A stretch of 64,000 nucleotides of DNA from an uncultured bacterium (GCA_963801165.1 CAWDDT010000005.1:448001-512000); one strand, 5' to 3'; positions 49,568-62,386 are shown, counted from the first letter of the stretch. Program-made: numbers and translations. The notes: generated by a model not told the origin, from the sequence alone.

Positions 49568-49702
49568 TCAGGCGGAGACGCGATGGCGGCCCTTGAGCCG
49601 GCGCCGCTTGATGACAGCTCGGCCGGCGCGGGTTCGCATGCGGCTGCGGAACCCATGCTTCCTCTTGCGGCGTCGCTGATTTGGTTGGTAAGTGTGCTTC
49701 AT
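49568..49702 (-). CDS. rpmH: 50S ribosomal protein L34 (absent from the ORF track)
   Basis: Manual translation: [44 protein letters not shown]. Confidence 0.97.
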   Translation of the reverse strand: MKHTYQPNQRRRKRKHGFRSRMRTRAGRAVIKRRRLKGRHRVSA

Positions 49703-50098
49703 GACAGAGAATCCCAATCAGAGGGGTTGCGGAGTAAAGCTGTAGGTTATGAACGGGCTCGTCGGATTGTCAAAGGAGGGGAGCCATGTTCGACACCATC
49801 CTTCCCTGTTGCCCGGCACCAGTCGCGAAAAGAAGCCTTCATCCGCGAAAGAAAGAAAAGCGCGGAAAGCGGCGCGACCGCCGTAATCCGGGCGGTTGAG
49901 GGCCTCATGACACCTCTCGTAATCTCCTGTGTCACAACCGATTATCCGAACCAGCACTCGGGAGCCGGCATGACGCTAGTCACGCTTTTGGCGTTCTTGA
50001 ACACCCCCGGCGACATCCCATATACTCGCTCGGCGGGCTGGCGCACCAACCCACAACTTTCCCAGGGCTTTTGATACATATGCGCGCTTGCACGTGTC

Positions 50099-50131
50099 TT
50101 CTCCACAGCATGTGGATAGATATGTGGATGG
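50099..50131. promoter_or_regulatory. Cluster of DnaA boxes upstream of dnaA
   Basis: TTCTCCACA (50099), TGTGGATAG (50111), TGTGGATGG (50123). Confidence 0.75.
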
Positions 50132-50162
50132 CGCCGGGCAAGAGGGATGGCGTGTTCTGGTA

Positions 50163-51542
50163 ATGACAGTTGGACAACACCAACCGCTGCCCACGATGTG
50201 GGACAGCTTCAAGCAGGCAATGCAGGAAGAGGTTTCCACCGGGGCGTGGAAGGCGTGGATAGCTCCGCTGCGTGTTGCGCAACGCGACACGTCGCTTACA
50301 TTCGAAGCCCCCAGCGAGTTTCACCGGTCGTGGGTCCGGGACAGGTATCTCCCTACGCTGCGGCGTATCACCCACGACGTCTATGGCGACGCTTATGAGA
50401 TCTACCTCACGGTCGCACAGGCCGCGGAGCGGCGACGTACACCGGAGACGCCGTTGCCTCACGGCGATACTCTCGGCGATGAACCGCCCCGCCAGCCCCG
50501 TCTCCCGATCGATGGGGAGAGCCGGCTAGTCGAGAAATACACATTCGACAACTTTGTCGTTGGCGCATCCAATCGCTTCGCAAACGCGGCGGCGCTGGCC
50601 GTCGCCGAACAGCCCGGCAGCCAGTACAACCCACTTTTCATCTATGCCGACGCAGGTCTGGGTAAGACCCACCTGCTACACGCCGTGGGCCATCACCGCA
50701 CCGAAATCGCACCCGGCTCCGTCGTGCGCTACGTCACCTCTGAGACGTTCTTCAACGAGTTCATCAACGGGATCCGCCGCAAGCGCATGGACGAGTTCAA
50801 GGCGCGGTACCGGACGATCGACCTGTTGCTGCTCGACGACGTGCAGTTCTTCGACGGCAAGGAACAGATCCTCGAAGAGTTCTTCCACACCTTCAACAGC
50901 CTGTACGAGGCCGGCAAACAGCTCGTCATCACCTCGGATCGCCACCCCAAGCATCTCACGACTCTCGAAGACCGGCTGCGCAGCCGATTCGAGTGGGGGC
51001 TACTCACCGACATCCAGACCCCTGATGTCGAGACGAGGCTCGCCATCCTCCGCAGCAACGCCGAGTACGCACCCACCCCGGTGCCGCCCGAGGTTCTCCA
51101 GTTCATCGCCGAGAGCGTGGCCACCAATATTCGCGAGCTGGAAGGTGCCCTCACGAGAGTGACCGCATACGCCGCCCTGACCCACGAGCGCATCAGCCTC
51201 GAGATGGCTCAGGAGGTTCTCCGTGATCTCATTCCCGCCATCGACACGGCTCCTCTAACCGCAGATGACATCATCGACCAGGTCGCTTTGTACTCAGGGT
51301 CGAGCCGTGACGACCTCGTCGGCCCCAGCCGCCGCCAGCCCCTCGCCCGGCACCGCCAGCTCGCCATGTACCTGTGCCGCGAGTACACCGACCTGTCATT
51401 GCCGAAGATCGGCAGGGCTTTTGGCGACAGAGACCACACGACGGTCTTGCACGCCGTAGACAAGATCCGCACCCTGATGCAGAGCGACGCTGGTGTGTAC
51501 AAGGATGTGACTTCACTGTCACACAACCTGAGGACAACGTGA
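50163..51542 (+). CDS. dnaA: Chromosomal replication initiator DnaA
   Basis: YTFDNFVVG, YNPLFIY, GLGKTHLL, LLLDDVQF and RDHTTVLHA motifs. Confidence 0.98.
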   Translation: MTVGQHQPLPTMWDSFKQAMQEEVSTGAWKAWIAPLRVAQRDTSLTFEAPSEFHRSWVRDRYLPTLRRITHDVYGDAYEIYLTVAQAAERRRTPETPLPHGDTLGDEPPRQPRLPIDGESRLVEKYTFDNFVVGASNRFANAAALAVAEQPGSQYNPLFIYADAGLGKTHLLHAVGHHRTEIAPGSVVRYVTSETFFNEFINGIRRKRMDEFKARYRTIDLLLLDDVQFFDGKEQILEEFFHTFNSLYEAGKQLVITSDRHPKHLTTLEDRLRSRFEWGLLTDIQTPDVETRLAILRSNAEYAPTPVPPEVLQFIAESVATNIRELEGALTRVTAYAALTHERISLEMAQEVLRDLIPAIDTAPLTADDIIDQVALYSGSSRDDLVGPSRRQPLARHRQLAMYLCREYTDLSLPKIGRAFGDRDHTTVLHAVDKIRTLMQSDAGVYKDVTSLSHNLRTT

Positions 51543-51739
51543 TGTTCTCCACACCGGTTGGCATCACGACTATCAGGGCTGTGGACGTCGTCGAGCTTGC
51601 CCACAGCCCTGGTGAAGAGCCTGTGGAGACGAAACTTCAATGATTACGGGATCTGCCGAGGTCTATCCACAATCCACAGGGCCTACTACTACGACTACTG
51701 TCTTGTATCTATAAAGAACCGAAGAAGAGGGAAACGACT
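51543..51739. other. oriC: DnaA boxes, GC-rich spacer, DnaA-trios and an AT-rich unwinding element
   Basis: Boxes at 51545, 51580, 51597, 51622, 51663 and 51670; then GGGC, CTACTACTACGACTACTG (51683-51700) and TGTATCTATAAA. Confidence 0.9.
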
Positions 51740-52819
51740 GTGCGTATCCGAGCTGAACGAGATGATCTGGCTGATGTGCTCACCAGGGCAGGCCGGGCCG
51801 TAGGGACCCGGTCGGCATTGCCCATCCTCCAGGGTCTTCTCTGCGAGGTGTCCGGCGGCAAGCTGAACGTGACCGGCACCGACACAGAGATCACCATCCA
51901 GACGTCCCTCGAGGTGGAGGTACTCGAAGAGGGCCGGACCGTCATTCCTGCCAAATTGGTCGCCGAGGCCGTTCGCAAGTTGCCCGCCGGCGCAGTCTCA
52001 TTTTCCGCACAGGACGGCGAGGTTGAGATCACTGGGAATGGACCACGCTTCAACCTGAGGGAGTTCGACGCCAACGACTTCCCGGATGTTGCCAGAGGAC
52101 ATGGCGAGGGCGGAGTCGAGCTCGACGGAGACGCGTTGACCGTAGCGCTCACTCAGGTAGGTGTGGCCGCATCGAACGACGACGGCCGGCCGACGCTGAC
52201 AGGCGTGCTCTTCGAATCTGAGAGCGATCATCTGCGCTTGGTTGCCACCGACTCGTACCGGTTGGCCGTCCGTGACCTGCCCGCCGTCGCCGGGGTGGAC
52301 ACAACGCTCATTCCCTACCGCGCTCTCAAGGAGATCGGTCGCACCATCGGCGCCGACAAGGTGAACATGGCCATTGGTGATCGCGAAGGGACGTTCTCTT
52401 CCGACCGGGGGAAACTGACTGCACGCGTCATCGAAAGCTCATTCCCGAGTTACAGGACGCTGTTGCCGAGCGAGTATCCCAACCGCCTGACTATCAACCG
52501 CGATGCCCTGCTCGAAGCCGTCGGCCGGGCCTCGCTCGTTGCCGAGGATCACATCCCTGTGCGGCTGAATCTGGGTGCAGGGGGAGTGGAGCTCACCGTG
52601 AGCAGGCAAGACGTGGGTGGCGAGACGGAGTACATCGAGGCGGCCTATCAGGGCGAGGACATGGTCATCGCCTTCAACACCCGGTATCTCACCGACGGGG
52701 TTGCCGCCATGAAGACCGAGAACCTCGTCCTGGAGACGATCAACCCGCTGAAGCCGGGTCTGCTCACGGCAGAGGACGACGACGCCTTCCGATACCTGCT
52801 TATGCCCGTTCGCCTCTGA
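51740..52819 (+). CDS. dnaN: DNA polymerase III beta clamp
   Basis: ALPILQG, VATDSYRL, IAFNTRYL and YLLMPVR motifs. Confidence 0.97.
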   Translation: MRIRAERDDLADVLTRAGRAVGTRSALPILQGLLCEVSGGKLNVTGTDTEITIQTSLEVEVLEEGRTVIPAKLVAEAVRKLPAGAVSFSAQDGEVEITGNGPRFNLREFDANDFPDVARGHGEGGVELDGDALTVALTQVGVAASNDDGRPTLTGVLFESESDHLRLVATDSYRLAVRDLPAVAGVDTTLIPYRALKEIGRTIGADKVNMAIGDREGTFSSDRGKLTARVIESSFPSYRTLLPSEYPNRLTINRDALLEAVGRASLVAEDHIPVRLNLGAGGVELTVSRQDVGGETEYIEAAYQGEDMVIAFNTRYLTDGVAAMKTENLVLETINPLKPGLLTAEDDDAFRYLLMPVRL

Positions 52820-52888
52820 GCCGCGCTTCCATCCCGGGGACGGGGTTGGGGACATCGGAGCGCGGTCGGTGAACGACGGGAAGGAAGC

Positions 52889-53998
52889 ATGCATCTCGCC
52901 TGGCTCGAATTGAGACAGTTCCGCAGCTACGGAGAGCTGCGTTTCGAACCGGACCCGGGGGCGAATGTGTTGATCGGGCGCAACGGCGCCGGCAAGACCA
53001 ACCTGCTCGAGGCGATCGGCTATCTGTCGATGCAGAAGTCTTTCCGCAGGTCGCCGGACGCGGCGTTGATCCTTGCCGGCGAGGACAGCGCGGTGATGCG
53101 CGGTGGTTTCGAAGATGAGTCCGGCATCGTCGACGTCGCCGTCGAGATCCCCAGGGAAGGCAGGAGACAGGTGCTGGTCAATGGGAAGCGGCCCAAGAGA
53201 CTCGGCGACGTGGCCGACACGGTGCCAGTCGTGGCCTTTCTTCCCGATGACCTCGACCTCGTGAAACGGGGCCCGGCGCTGAGGCGGGAGTATCTCGACG
53301 ATTTGGGTGCCCAGCTGGCACCGACCGTGGGTGCCGATCAGAGCGAGTACGAACAAGCTCTGCGTCAGCGCAACACTCTCTTGCGTCAAGACGGTCGCTA
53401 CACCGATCCGATGACCCTCGACGTGTGGGACGTCCGTGTCGCCGAATCGGGTGGAAAGGTGGTGGCCAACCGCTTCGCCTTGCTTGCCCGTCTCCGCGAT
53501 CGCCTCACCAACGCCTATCGCACCGTGGGAGGCTCCGAGGAGGAGACGCTGCTGCCAACCTACGCCTCCTCGTGGTTCGAGCCGGGCGACCCCGGTACGG
53601 ACCGGGAAGGGTTCGAGGTTTATGCGTCGCGGCTGTTGCGTGGGCTCGAGCAGAGACGGAACAGGGATATGGAGATGCGAACCACGAGCGCCGGCCCGCA
53701 CCGGGACGATCCCGGGTTTGAGCTCGCGGGCCGTGACGTGCGGGTGCAGGCCAGCCAGGGAGAGCAACGCTCGGTGGCATTGAGTCTCCGAATCACCGCC
53801 TATCAACTACTCGAGCAGCGCCACGGAAGGCCGCCGATCCTGTTGCTCGACGATGTGTTCTCGGAGCTTGATCCCGGTCGCGCCGACGGAGTCACCGCCT
53901 TGCTGCCACGCGGCCAGGTTTTTGTCACAAGCGCGCGCGATGATGAGGTTCCAGAGATGGGACGACGGTGGCGTGTCAGCGAGGGGGTCCTGACGTGA
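52889..53998 (+). CDS. recF: DNA replication/repair protein RecF
   Basis: GRNGAGKTNLLEA, GPHRDD, SQGEQRS and LLLDDVFSELD motifs. Confidence 0.97.
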   Translation: MHLAWLELRQFRSYGELRFEPDPGANVLIGRNGAGKTNLLEAIGYLSMQKSFRRSPDAALILAGEDSAVMRGGFEDESGIVDVAVEIPREGRRQVLVNGKRPKRLGDVADTVPVVAFLPDDLDLVKRGPALRREYLDDLGAQLAPTVGADQSEYEQALRQRNTLLRQDGRYTDPMTLDVWDVRVAESGGKVVANRFALLARLRDRLTNAYRTVGGSEEETLLPTYASSWFEPGDPGTDREGFEVYASRLLRGLEQRRNRDMEMRTTSAGPHRDDPGFELAGRDVRVQASQGEQRSVALSLRITAYQLLEQRHGRPPILLLDDVFSELDPGRADGVTALLPRGQVFVTSARDDEVPEMGRRWRVSEGVLT

Positions 53999-54008
53999 AG
54001 GGTCGAGA

Positions 54009-54356
54009 ATGATCAATCCGTGGACAGGGGAAGAGACCGACCGTGGCCTGGCGCTCGTCGGCGGGGCATTGGAAGAGGTGCTGGAGAGGGTCACCGAAGG
54101 CCGGCTGGCCGCGCTCGAGGTCGTTAGGGCAGTGTGGAACGATGTTGTATCCGACACCTGGCGGGCGCGCTCCCGGCCCGTGCGTCTCGAGAACGGCGTA
54201 CTCACGGTCGAGGTTTCCGACGGGGGAGTGGCCTCTCGCCTGAGGCTGGAACAGACCAAGATCAGAGCAGCTCTCGACGAGCGGCTCGGTCGTGGCGAGG
54301 TAGCTCAGATCAAGATGAAAGTCAGCCGCGGCGGTGTCTGGTCGGAACCGTCGTGA
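54009..54356 (+). CDS. DUF721/DciA family protein
   Basis: WNDVV...SRPVRLENGVLTVEV; conserved position between recF and gyrB. Confidence 0.85.
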   Translation: MINPWTGEETDRGLALVGGALEEVLERVTEGRLAALEVVRAVWNDVVSDTWRARSRPVRLENGVLTVEVSDGGVASRLRLEQTKIRAALDERLGRGEVAQIKMKVSRGGVWSEPS

Positions 54357-54366
54357 CGAGGCGTAA

Positions 54367-56382
<2,016 letters not shown>

Positions 56383-56397
56383 CAACAGGACCGATAA

Positions 56398-58844
56398 ATG
56401 CCGAACCAAGACGACGCGCGAATCAGGCCAATCGAGATCGAAAAGGAGATGGAGGACTCGTTCCTCGAGTACGCCATGTCCGTCATCGTGTCGCGCGCCC
56501 TTCCCGACGTGCGCGACGGGCTCAAGCCGGTGCACCGGCGAATCCTCTACTCCATGTACGACGCCGGGATCCGGCCGGGGACGCCGTTTCGCAAGTGCGC
56601 CCGTGTCGTCGGCGACGTCATGGGTTGGTTCCATCCTCACTCGAACGACGCCATCTACGACGCTCTGGTTCGGCTCGGCCAGGACTTCTCGCAGCGCTAC
56701 CCGCTCGTCGAGCCGCAGGGAAATTTCGGGTCGGTGGATGATCCTCCCGCACAGATGCGCTACACCGAGACCCGGATGGCAGCGATCGCCATGCACCTCC
56801 TCGAGAGCATCGACGAGGACACCGTCGACTTCGTTGACAACTACTCGGGGGAGCGGCAGGAGCCGACCGTGCTCCCGTCCCGGTTCCCGAACCTGCTGGT
56901 GAACGGCTCGACGGGCATCGCCGTTGGCATGGCGACCAACATCCCCCCGCACAACCTCAGTGAGATCATCGACGCCACCCTGCACATGATCGACGTGCCG
57001 GAGGCAACCGCGGACGACCTGCTCCAGTTTGTGAAGGGACCCGACTTCCCAACCGGTGCCTGCATCATCCGCAACTCCGGTGTCCGTGAGGCGCTGCTCA
57101 CCGGTCGCGGCTCGGTCAGGATGCGAGCCGTCACCGACATCGTCGAGACCAAGCGCAACCGTCTCGCCATCATCGTGAGTGAGATTCCGTACCAGGTGTC
57201 CATCGACAGGGTGATGAGCAAGATCGCCGATCTCGTCAAGGACAAGGTCGTCCAGGGCATCGCCGACCTGCGAAACGAGACCAACAAGGACGGCATCCGC
57301 ATGGTCATCGAGCTGAAGAGGGATGCCAATCCGCAGGTCGTGCTCAACCTGCTCTACAAGCACACCCAGCTCGAAGACACCTTCGGTGTCAACGCCGTGG
57401 CGCTTGTCGACGGTGTCCCCCGCACGCTCAATGTCGCCCAGATGGTGAGCCACTACATCGATCATCAGCTGGAAGTCATCGAGCGCCGCAGCATCTTCCG
57501 TCTCAACAAGGCTGAGGCCAGGGCACACATCGTCGAGGGCCTCTTGATCGCACTCGACAACATCGACGAAGTAGTCCGAACAATTCGCAGCTCAGCGGAC
57601 GTCGACATGGCCCGACGGACGTTGATGGAGCGGTTCGAGCTGAGCAAGATCCAGGCCGATCACATCCTGGACATGCCACTGCGCCGGCTGACCGCTCTCG
57701 AGACTGACAAACTCCGGCAGGAGTACGACGACCTCCAGGTGGTGATAGCAGACCTGATGGACATTCTGGGATCCGAGTCCCGGCGGCGTTCGATCCTATC
57801 CGAGGAGCTGCGCGAGATCCGGGACAAGTTCGGAGACGAGCGGCGTACCCAGATCATCGCCGACGCAGGCGAGATGTCCCTCGAGGACCTGATCGCGGAC
57901 GAGGAACTGGTTGTTACTGCATCCGAAGCCGGGTATGTGAAGGCGGTCCTCGCCCAGACGTATCGCCGCCAGGGGAGGGGGGACGCGGGGTCAAGGGTGC
58001 CGACCTGCGCGAGGAGGACGTGATCACCCATGTCCTGCACACCTCGGCGCACGCCTACCTGCTGTTCTTCACCAACCGGGGCAAGGTCTACCGGATCCGA
58101 GCCCACGAGCTCCCCAGAAAGGAGCGCACTGCCAAGGGCAGCCTGGTGCAATCGGTGCTTCCCATGGATCCCGACGAGAAGATCGAGGCGATCATCGACA
58201 CCCGGGACTACGAGTCACACAAGTACCTGGTGTGCTTCACAAAGCAGGGCCAGGTCAAGAAGACCAAGTTCAGTGATTACGACTCCCGCAACCAGGTGCT
58301 CGTCGCCATCAGTCTCGTCGAGGACGACGAGGTCGTAGCTGTAAGAGCCACTTCCGGTGAGACCGACCTCGTCATGGTCACGGGAAACGCCATGGCGATC
58401 CGGTTCCCGGAACAAGACGCCCGCCCCATGGGCCGGGACACGCGGGGGGTGCGCGGGATCAAGCTACGTGAGGGCGACAAAGTAGTTTCGGCTGCCACCG
58501 TCACCGAGGGTGAAGAGATCCTGTTCCTCACCAGTGGTGGCTACGGCAAGCGCACAGCCATGGCGGAGTTCCCCAAGCAGAAGCGTGGCGGCATCGGGGT
58601 GAAGGCGATGAAGCTGACCCGGGTTCGGGGCGATCTCGTGGCTGCGATGGCGGTCAACAGGGAGGATCAGATCTTTGTCACTTCCAGCGACGGGATCGTC
58701 ATCCGCCAGTCGGCGGGCGAGATAAGCCGGCAGAAGAGAGCCAGCACAGGGGTGAAAGTGATGAGCCTCGGCGCAGGCACTGCACTGGCGGCGGCCGCTC
58801 TGGTCCCCCGGGATGAAACCGAGGAAGACGCGGATCCGTCCTGA
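56398..58844 (+). CDS. gyrA: DNA gyrase subunit A, interrupted by a one-base deletion in the G-run at 57977-57982 (appears as ORFs 56398-58023 and 58020-58844)
   Basis: RALPDVRDGLKPVHRR and MRYTE motifs; adding one G restores YRRQGRGGRGVKGADLREEDVI and joins the pinwheel CTD. Confidence 0.95.
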
Positions 58845-59051
58845 CATCGAATCTGTTCACAACTCGGGTTTGAGATTGATCCGCAGCTTCGCTGAGGTTC
58901 GTCAGACTCGGTCTGAGCGCGAGGCGTTGTGACGGACGGCGGGCTGCACCGAAGCCACGGGAACGATTGTCGACCGTGAATCGTTGTTGGCGGTGTTACT
59001 AGGTATGCCCCCGGTGGCATTACACTCGGGCCATTCCCGAAGGAGCCTGGC

Positions 59052-59510
59052 ATGGCAGTTCGACGTGTTCGTCGAATCGTTCGCAAGATAGACCCCTGGA
59101 CGGTGCTGAAGGCATCGCTTGTCTTCAACGCCATCATGGGAATGATCTTCGTCCTCGGAATGTGGGTGACGTGGTCGCTCGTGCTGCAAAAGGGCATTCC
59201 CGACAAGATCGTCAACCTCTTCGAATCGGTGACGATCACGCTTACGATCGACGGGCCGCTGTACTTCCGCATCGTCGTCATCCTGGCGATTATCGGTGTC
59301 ATCGGAATGACGGCGTTCATGACGCTGGGCGCTGTCATCTACAACCTGATCTCAGATCTCGTCGGCGGTATCGAGTTGACCGTTCTCGAGGAGACCTACA
59401 ACGGCATGCCGGGACAGCCTGCGGCCCCGCCGCGACGCTCCGTGTGGCGCCCGTTCCCGCAGCCGACGATGAAGAGCCAGACCGAACCCGACAAGCAGCG
59501 GGTCGGCTAA
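59052..59510 (+). CDS. DUF3566 domain membrane protein
   Basis: IDPWTVLK and IYNLISDLVGGIE motifs; follows gyrA as is typical of actinobacteria. Confidence 0.9.
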   Translation: MAVRRVRRIVRKIDPWTVLKASLVFNAIMGMIFVLGMWVTWSLVLQKGIPDKIVNLFESVTITLTIDGPLYFRIVVILAIIGVIGMTAFMTLGAVIYNLISDLVGGIELTVLEETYNGMPGQPAAPPRRSVWRPFPQPTMKSQTEPDKQRVG

Positions 59511-59530
59511 TGCTGCGGGCCGTTGGCCCG

Positions 59531-61600
59531 CTAGAAGTCGGGGAGCTGTACCGCGTGGGGCAGCACGATCCGCGACACGCCGCCTGATGTGACCGACACC
59601 GGCTGGTTGAACCGCACCTGCTCGATGATGCACAAGCCCTCTGAATCCTCACGGCAGTACAGCAACGTCACGTCGGTGGTGATTGATCCCGATCCGGCTA
59701 CGAATACCACGGGCACCGTTACCGGCAGGGTTGCGCCGGTGAGCGTCTGGTCCGGCACAGGATCGGCGACGCCGCCGGACACAACGAACTCGGCCGAGGA
59801 TGGCGCATCTGCGTTGACCTTGTAGCCGTCGGGAAGCTCGATGGCGAGCTCGACCTCCCCCGGTCCCGATGCCACCTCCACCGGGTCGAGGTTGATGACG
59901 GTGCCGGCATAGTCGGTGTCCTCGGGTGCGGGCGTGAAGTCCTCAATCCCATTCAGAACAAGCGTCTTGACCGTATTGGTGGACAGGTCGACGGTGCGTA
60001 CCACCTGATTGTTGGTGTCTGCGACGTAGAGCTTGCCGTCGGCGACGGCGAGGCCGCCCGGTTCGTAGAACTCCGGGTTTGCCCCATCGGCCCAACCCTG
60101 GTCCCCACCCAGGTAGGTGACGGTCGCTCCGGTGGTCGGGTCGATGCGCTTCAGCTTGCTGTTGTAGGTATCGGCGACGATCAGATCGCCGCTCATGTCA
60201 TCCCAGGCGATCCCCAGCGGATGCTGGAGACGGGCATCGGTACCGGTGCCGTCCTCGTCGCCGAAATCAAACAGATTGGCATCTGAGCCCGCCAGCACAC
60301 CCGTTGCGCCTGCGGGGTCGAGGACGTCGGCCCACCGAATGGAGCTGGACTCCGAATCGGCGAAGTAGAGACGTCCTCCCGGGTCGAAGGCGAGACCACT
60401 TGGCTGCGCCAGAGTTGCCTCGGTGAGCGTCCCGTTGTCCACGCCCTCGAGACTGCTGCCGACTACCGGGCTGATGACACCACCTGCGAGGTCGGCGACC
60501 CAGATCTGGTGTGATCCGGCCATCGCGATCCACAAATCACCGTCACGCAGCGTCAGCCCCCAGGGTGAGTCGAGCCGCGCATCTTCGAACAGTGCCGCAG
60601 CCGGCGGGTAGCCCAGGCTGCCTGTGCCGGTGAGGGTGCCCACCTCGCCGGTGTCAACGGCGACGGTGCGGATGGCGTGGTTGTTTGTGTCGGCCACATA
60701 AAGCGTGCGTGTGTCCGGGTCGAAGGCGAGCCCTTGTGGGGAATCGAAGCGGGCGGTCAATGCAGGGCCGTTCGCAAAGCCGGACTTGCCGCTGCCGTAG
60801 ACCGCCAGGATCTCACCCGTGTCCGGGCGGGCTGCGATCACCCTGTTGTGACCGGTGTCACTCACATAGAGAAGACCGTCGCCGACGGTCACTTTGCCCG
60901 GATAGGACAGAACGGTGTTGGCCGCACCGGCACTGTCGGGTGTCAGCTCGAGCGGGGTGCCGTCGATCTCACCGGCAAACTCAGTTGTCAATGCCTCGAT
61001 CACCGGCTGGGCCACGGCGTAGACATCTTCGCCTGCGTGAGTGCCGACCACATTGCCGGCCGGGTCGACGAGAGCGATCGTGGGCCAGCCCTGCGCTCCC
61101 CAGGTGTTCCAGATCTGAAAGTCCTTGTCGTTGACGACCGGGTGGTCGACCCCGTACCGCTTGACGACCTCACGGATATTGGCCGTCTCGGCTTCGTTGC
61201 TGAACTTCGCCGAATGGACACCGATGACCACAAGCTGCGACGGGTACTCATCCTCGAGCCGCTTCAAATCGGGGATGATGTGGATGCAGTTGATACAGCC
61301 GTAGGTCCAGAAGTCGAGCAGCACGATTTTCCCCGTGAGATCGGCCAGCCGGATCGGCTGGTCCGTATTGATCCAGTCGAGCCCTTCGGGGAACTCCGGT
61401 GCAGCGACGGTGCCCGCATAGGTCTGGCCCGCAGTGGTGCTCGTGCCCGTTGTTGGTGTTGTGCCCGTTGTTGGTGTTGTGCCCGTTGTTGGTGTTGAGG
61501 AGACGAGGCCGGCGGTACTGGGCGCGACGGCGTTAGCGCCGGAATCGGAGCAGGCGGATACCAGGAGCACCAGGGCAACAAGCAACAGAGCGGGGCGCAT
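59531..61600 (-). CDS. Lipoprotein with thioredoxin-like and NHL-repeat domains (NHLRC2/SOQ1-like)
   Basis: Lipobox VSAC; LLDFWTYGCINC, GVHSAKF, NHL repeats (YVADTNNH, LQHPLG) and C-terminal YC...C. Confidence 0.88.
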   Translation of the reverse strand: MRPALLLVALVLLVSACSDSGANAVAPSTAGLVSSTPTTGTTPTTGTTPTTGTSTTAGQTYAGTVAAPEFPEGLDWINTDQPIRLADLTGKIVLLDFWTYGCINCIHIIPDLKRLEDEYPSQLVVIGVHSAKFSNEAETANIREVVKRYGVDHPVVNDKDFQIWNTWGAQGWPTIALVDPAGNVVGTHAGEDVYAVAQPVIEALTTEFAGEIDGTPLELTPDSAGAANTVLSYPGKVTVGDGLLYVSDTGHNRVIAARPDTGEILAVYGSGKSGFANGPALTARFDSPQGLAFDPDTRTLYVADTNNHAIRTVAVDTGEVGTLTGTGSLGYPPAAALFEDARLDSPWGLTLRDGDLWIAMAGSHQIWVADLAGGVISPVVGSSLEGVDNGTLTEATLAQPSGLAFDPGGRLYFADSESSSIRWADVLDPAGATGVLAGSDANLFDFGDEDGTGTDARLQHPLGIAWDDMSGDLIVADTYNSKLKRIDPTTGATVTYLGGDQGWADGANPEFYEPGGLAVADGKLYVADTNNQVVRTVDLSTNTVKTLVLNGIEDFTPAPEDTDYAGTVINLDPVEVASGPGEVELAIELPDGYKVNADAPSSAEFVVSGGVADPVPDQTLTGATLPVTVPVVFVAGSGSITTDVTLLYCREDSEGLCIIEQVRFNQPVSVTSGGVSRIVLPHAVQLPDF
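61443..61496. repeat. 18-bp in-frame tandem repeat x3 (GTGCCCGTTGTTGGTGTT) encoding a TPTTGT-type linker
   Basis: Read directly from the sequence. Confidence 0.92.
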
Positions 61601-61627
61601 GGTGATCAGAACAGCCGGAGCTGTTGA

Positions 61628-62386
61628 TCAATTCCCGTGGAGGGTATGGGCGGCGACGTCCAGACCGGCGTCGAGGAGACGGGCGAGATATCTCTCGGAC
61701 AGATCGGCGGGCTGGCTGCTCCCCGGCGGATAGTCGGTGACGAGCATTCCAGCGACGGCGAGCGCCAGGGCCTCCAGGTGCACTGCGAGATCGGCCACGC
61801 CGACGATCCTGGTCACGACACCGGTATCCGAGGCACCGGTCACCCGTGCCATCGCGGCCGCCCATTCACCACCGACGCGGGCGACAAACGCTCGATCGGC
61901 ATATGGGGTCTCCCTCTCTTCTCCCCAGCGCGAGCCGATGGGGTCGGGAAACGGGATGGCGTGACCCCGCCGGCGCGGCGAACCCGGTTCGGTCCACGCA
62001 GCTGAAGTTTCGAGCACGTTGTCCGTGGCTGCCACTTCGTGTGCGATGAGAGATGGTGCGATCCCGGTCGCCAGGTTGCATCCCGTGATGAGACGGAGAC
62101 CGGCGTCGGTGAAATCTTCGTCGTAGCGGTCGTAAGCGTCCTCGGCGTCGACCCAGACGACACAGCTGACTCCGGCAACGAGGGCCATCTCGATATCGGG
62201 CTCAGGCGCGCTCGCGTCGGTGATGAGGGCGTCGTAGGTGGCCAGCACCTCGACCCTCTCCAGCCGGGAGTCGTGCTCTGCGGGGTGCTGGTCGATCAAC
62301 CCGAGCGCGGTGAGCTCCTTTTCGGCGAGAAGGACCCGTCCCGCGCGAGTGGCCACCTCTCCGGTGGCATGGAGGGCGAGTCTCAT
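61628..62386 (-). CDS. Hypothetical protein with a degenerate Rossmann-like N-terminus
   Basis: MRLALHATGEVATRAGRVLL...; co-oriented with neighbours. Confidence 0.65.
   Translation of the reverse strand: MRLALHATGEVATRAGRVLLAEKELTALGLIDQHPAEHDSRLERVEVLATYDALITDASAPEPDIEMALVAGVSCVVWVDAEDAYDRYDEDFTDAGLRLITGCNLATGIAPSLIAHEVAATDNVLETSAAWTEPGSPRRRGHAIPFPDPIGSRWGEERETPYADRAFVARVGGEWAAAMARVTGASDTGVVTRIVGVADLAVHLEALALAVAGMLVTDYPPGSSQPADLSERYLARLLDAGLDVAAHTLHGN

Noticed and set aside
49583-50074. 163-aa + strand ORF and other ORFs between rpmH and dnaA
   Set aside because: It is antisense to rpmH and spans the divergent promoter region, with no protein-like features.
52874-52891. Partial complementarity of sRNA 1 to the recF RBS (GACGGGAAGGAAGCAT)
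   Set aside because: It requires bulges, and any purine-rich RBS will partly match an anti-SD loop; not meaningful without genome-wide statistics.
58845-59530. tRNA-Ile/tRNA-Ala, often found after gyrA-DUF3566 in actinobacteria
   Set aside because: No cloverleaf with canonical D-loop, T-loop and acceptor stem was found.
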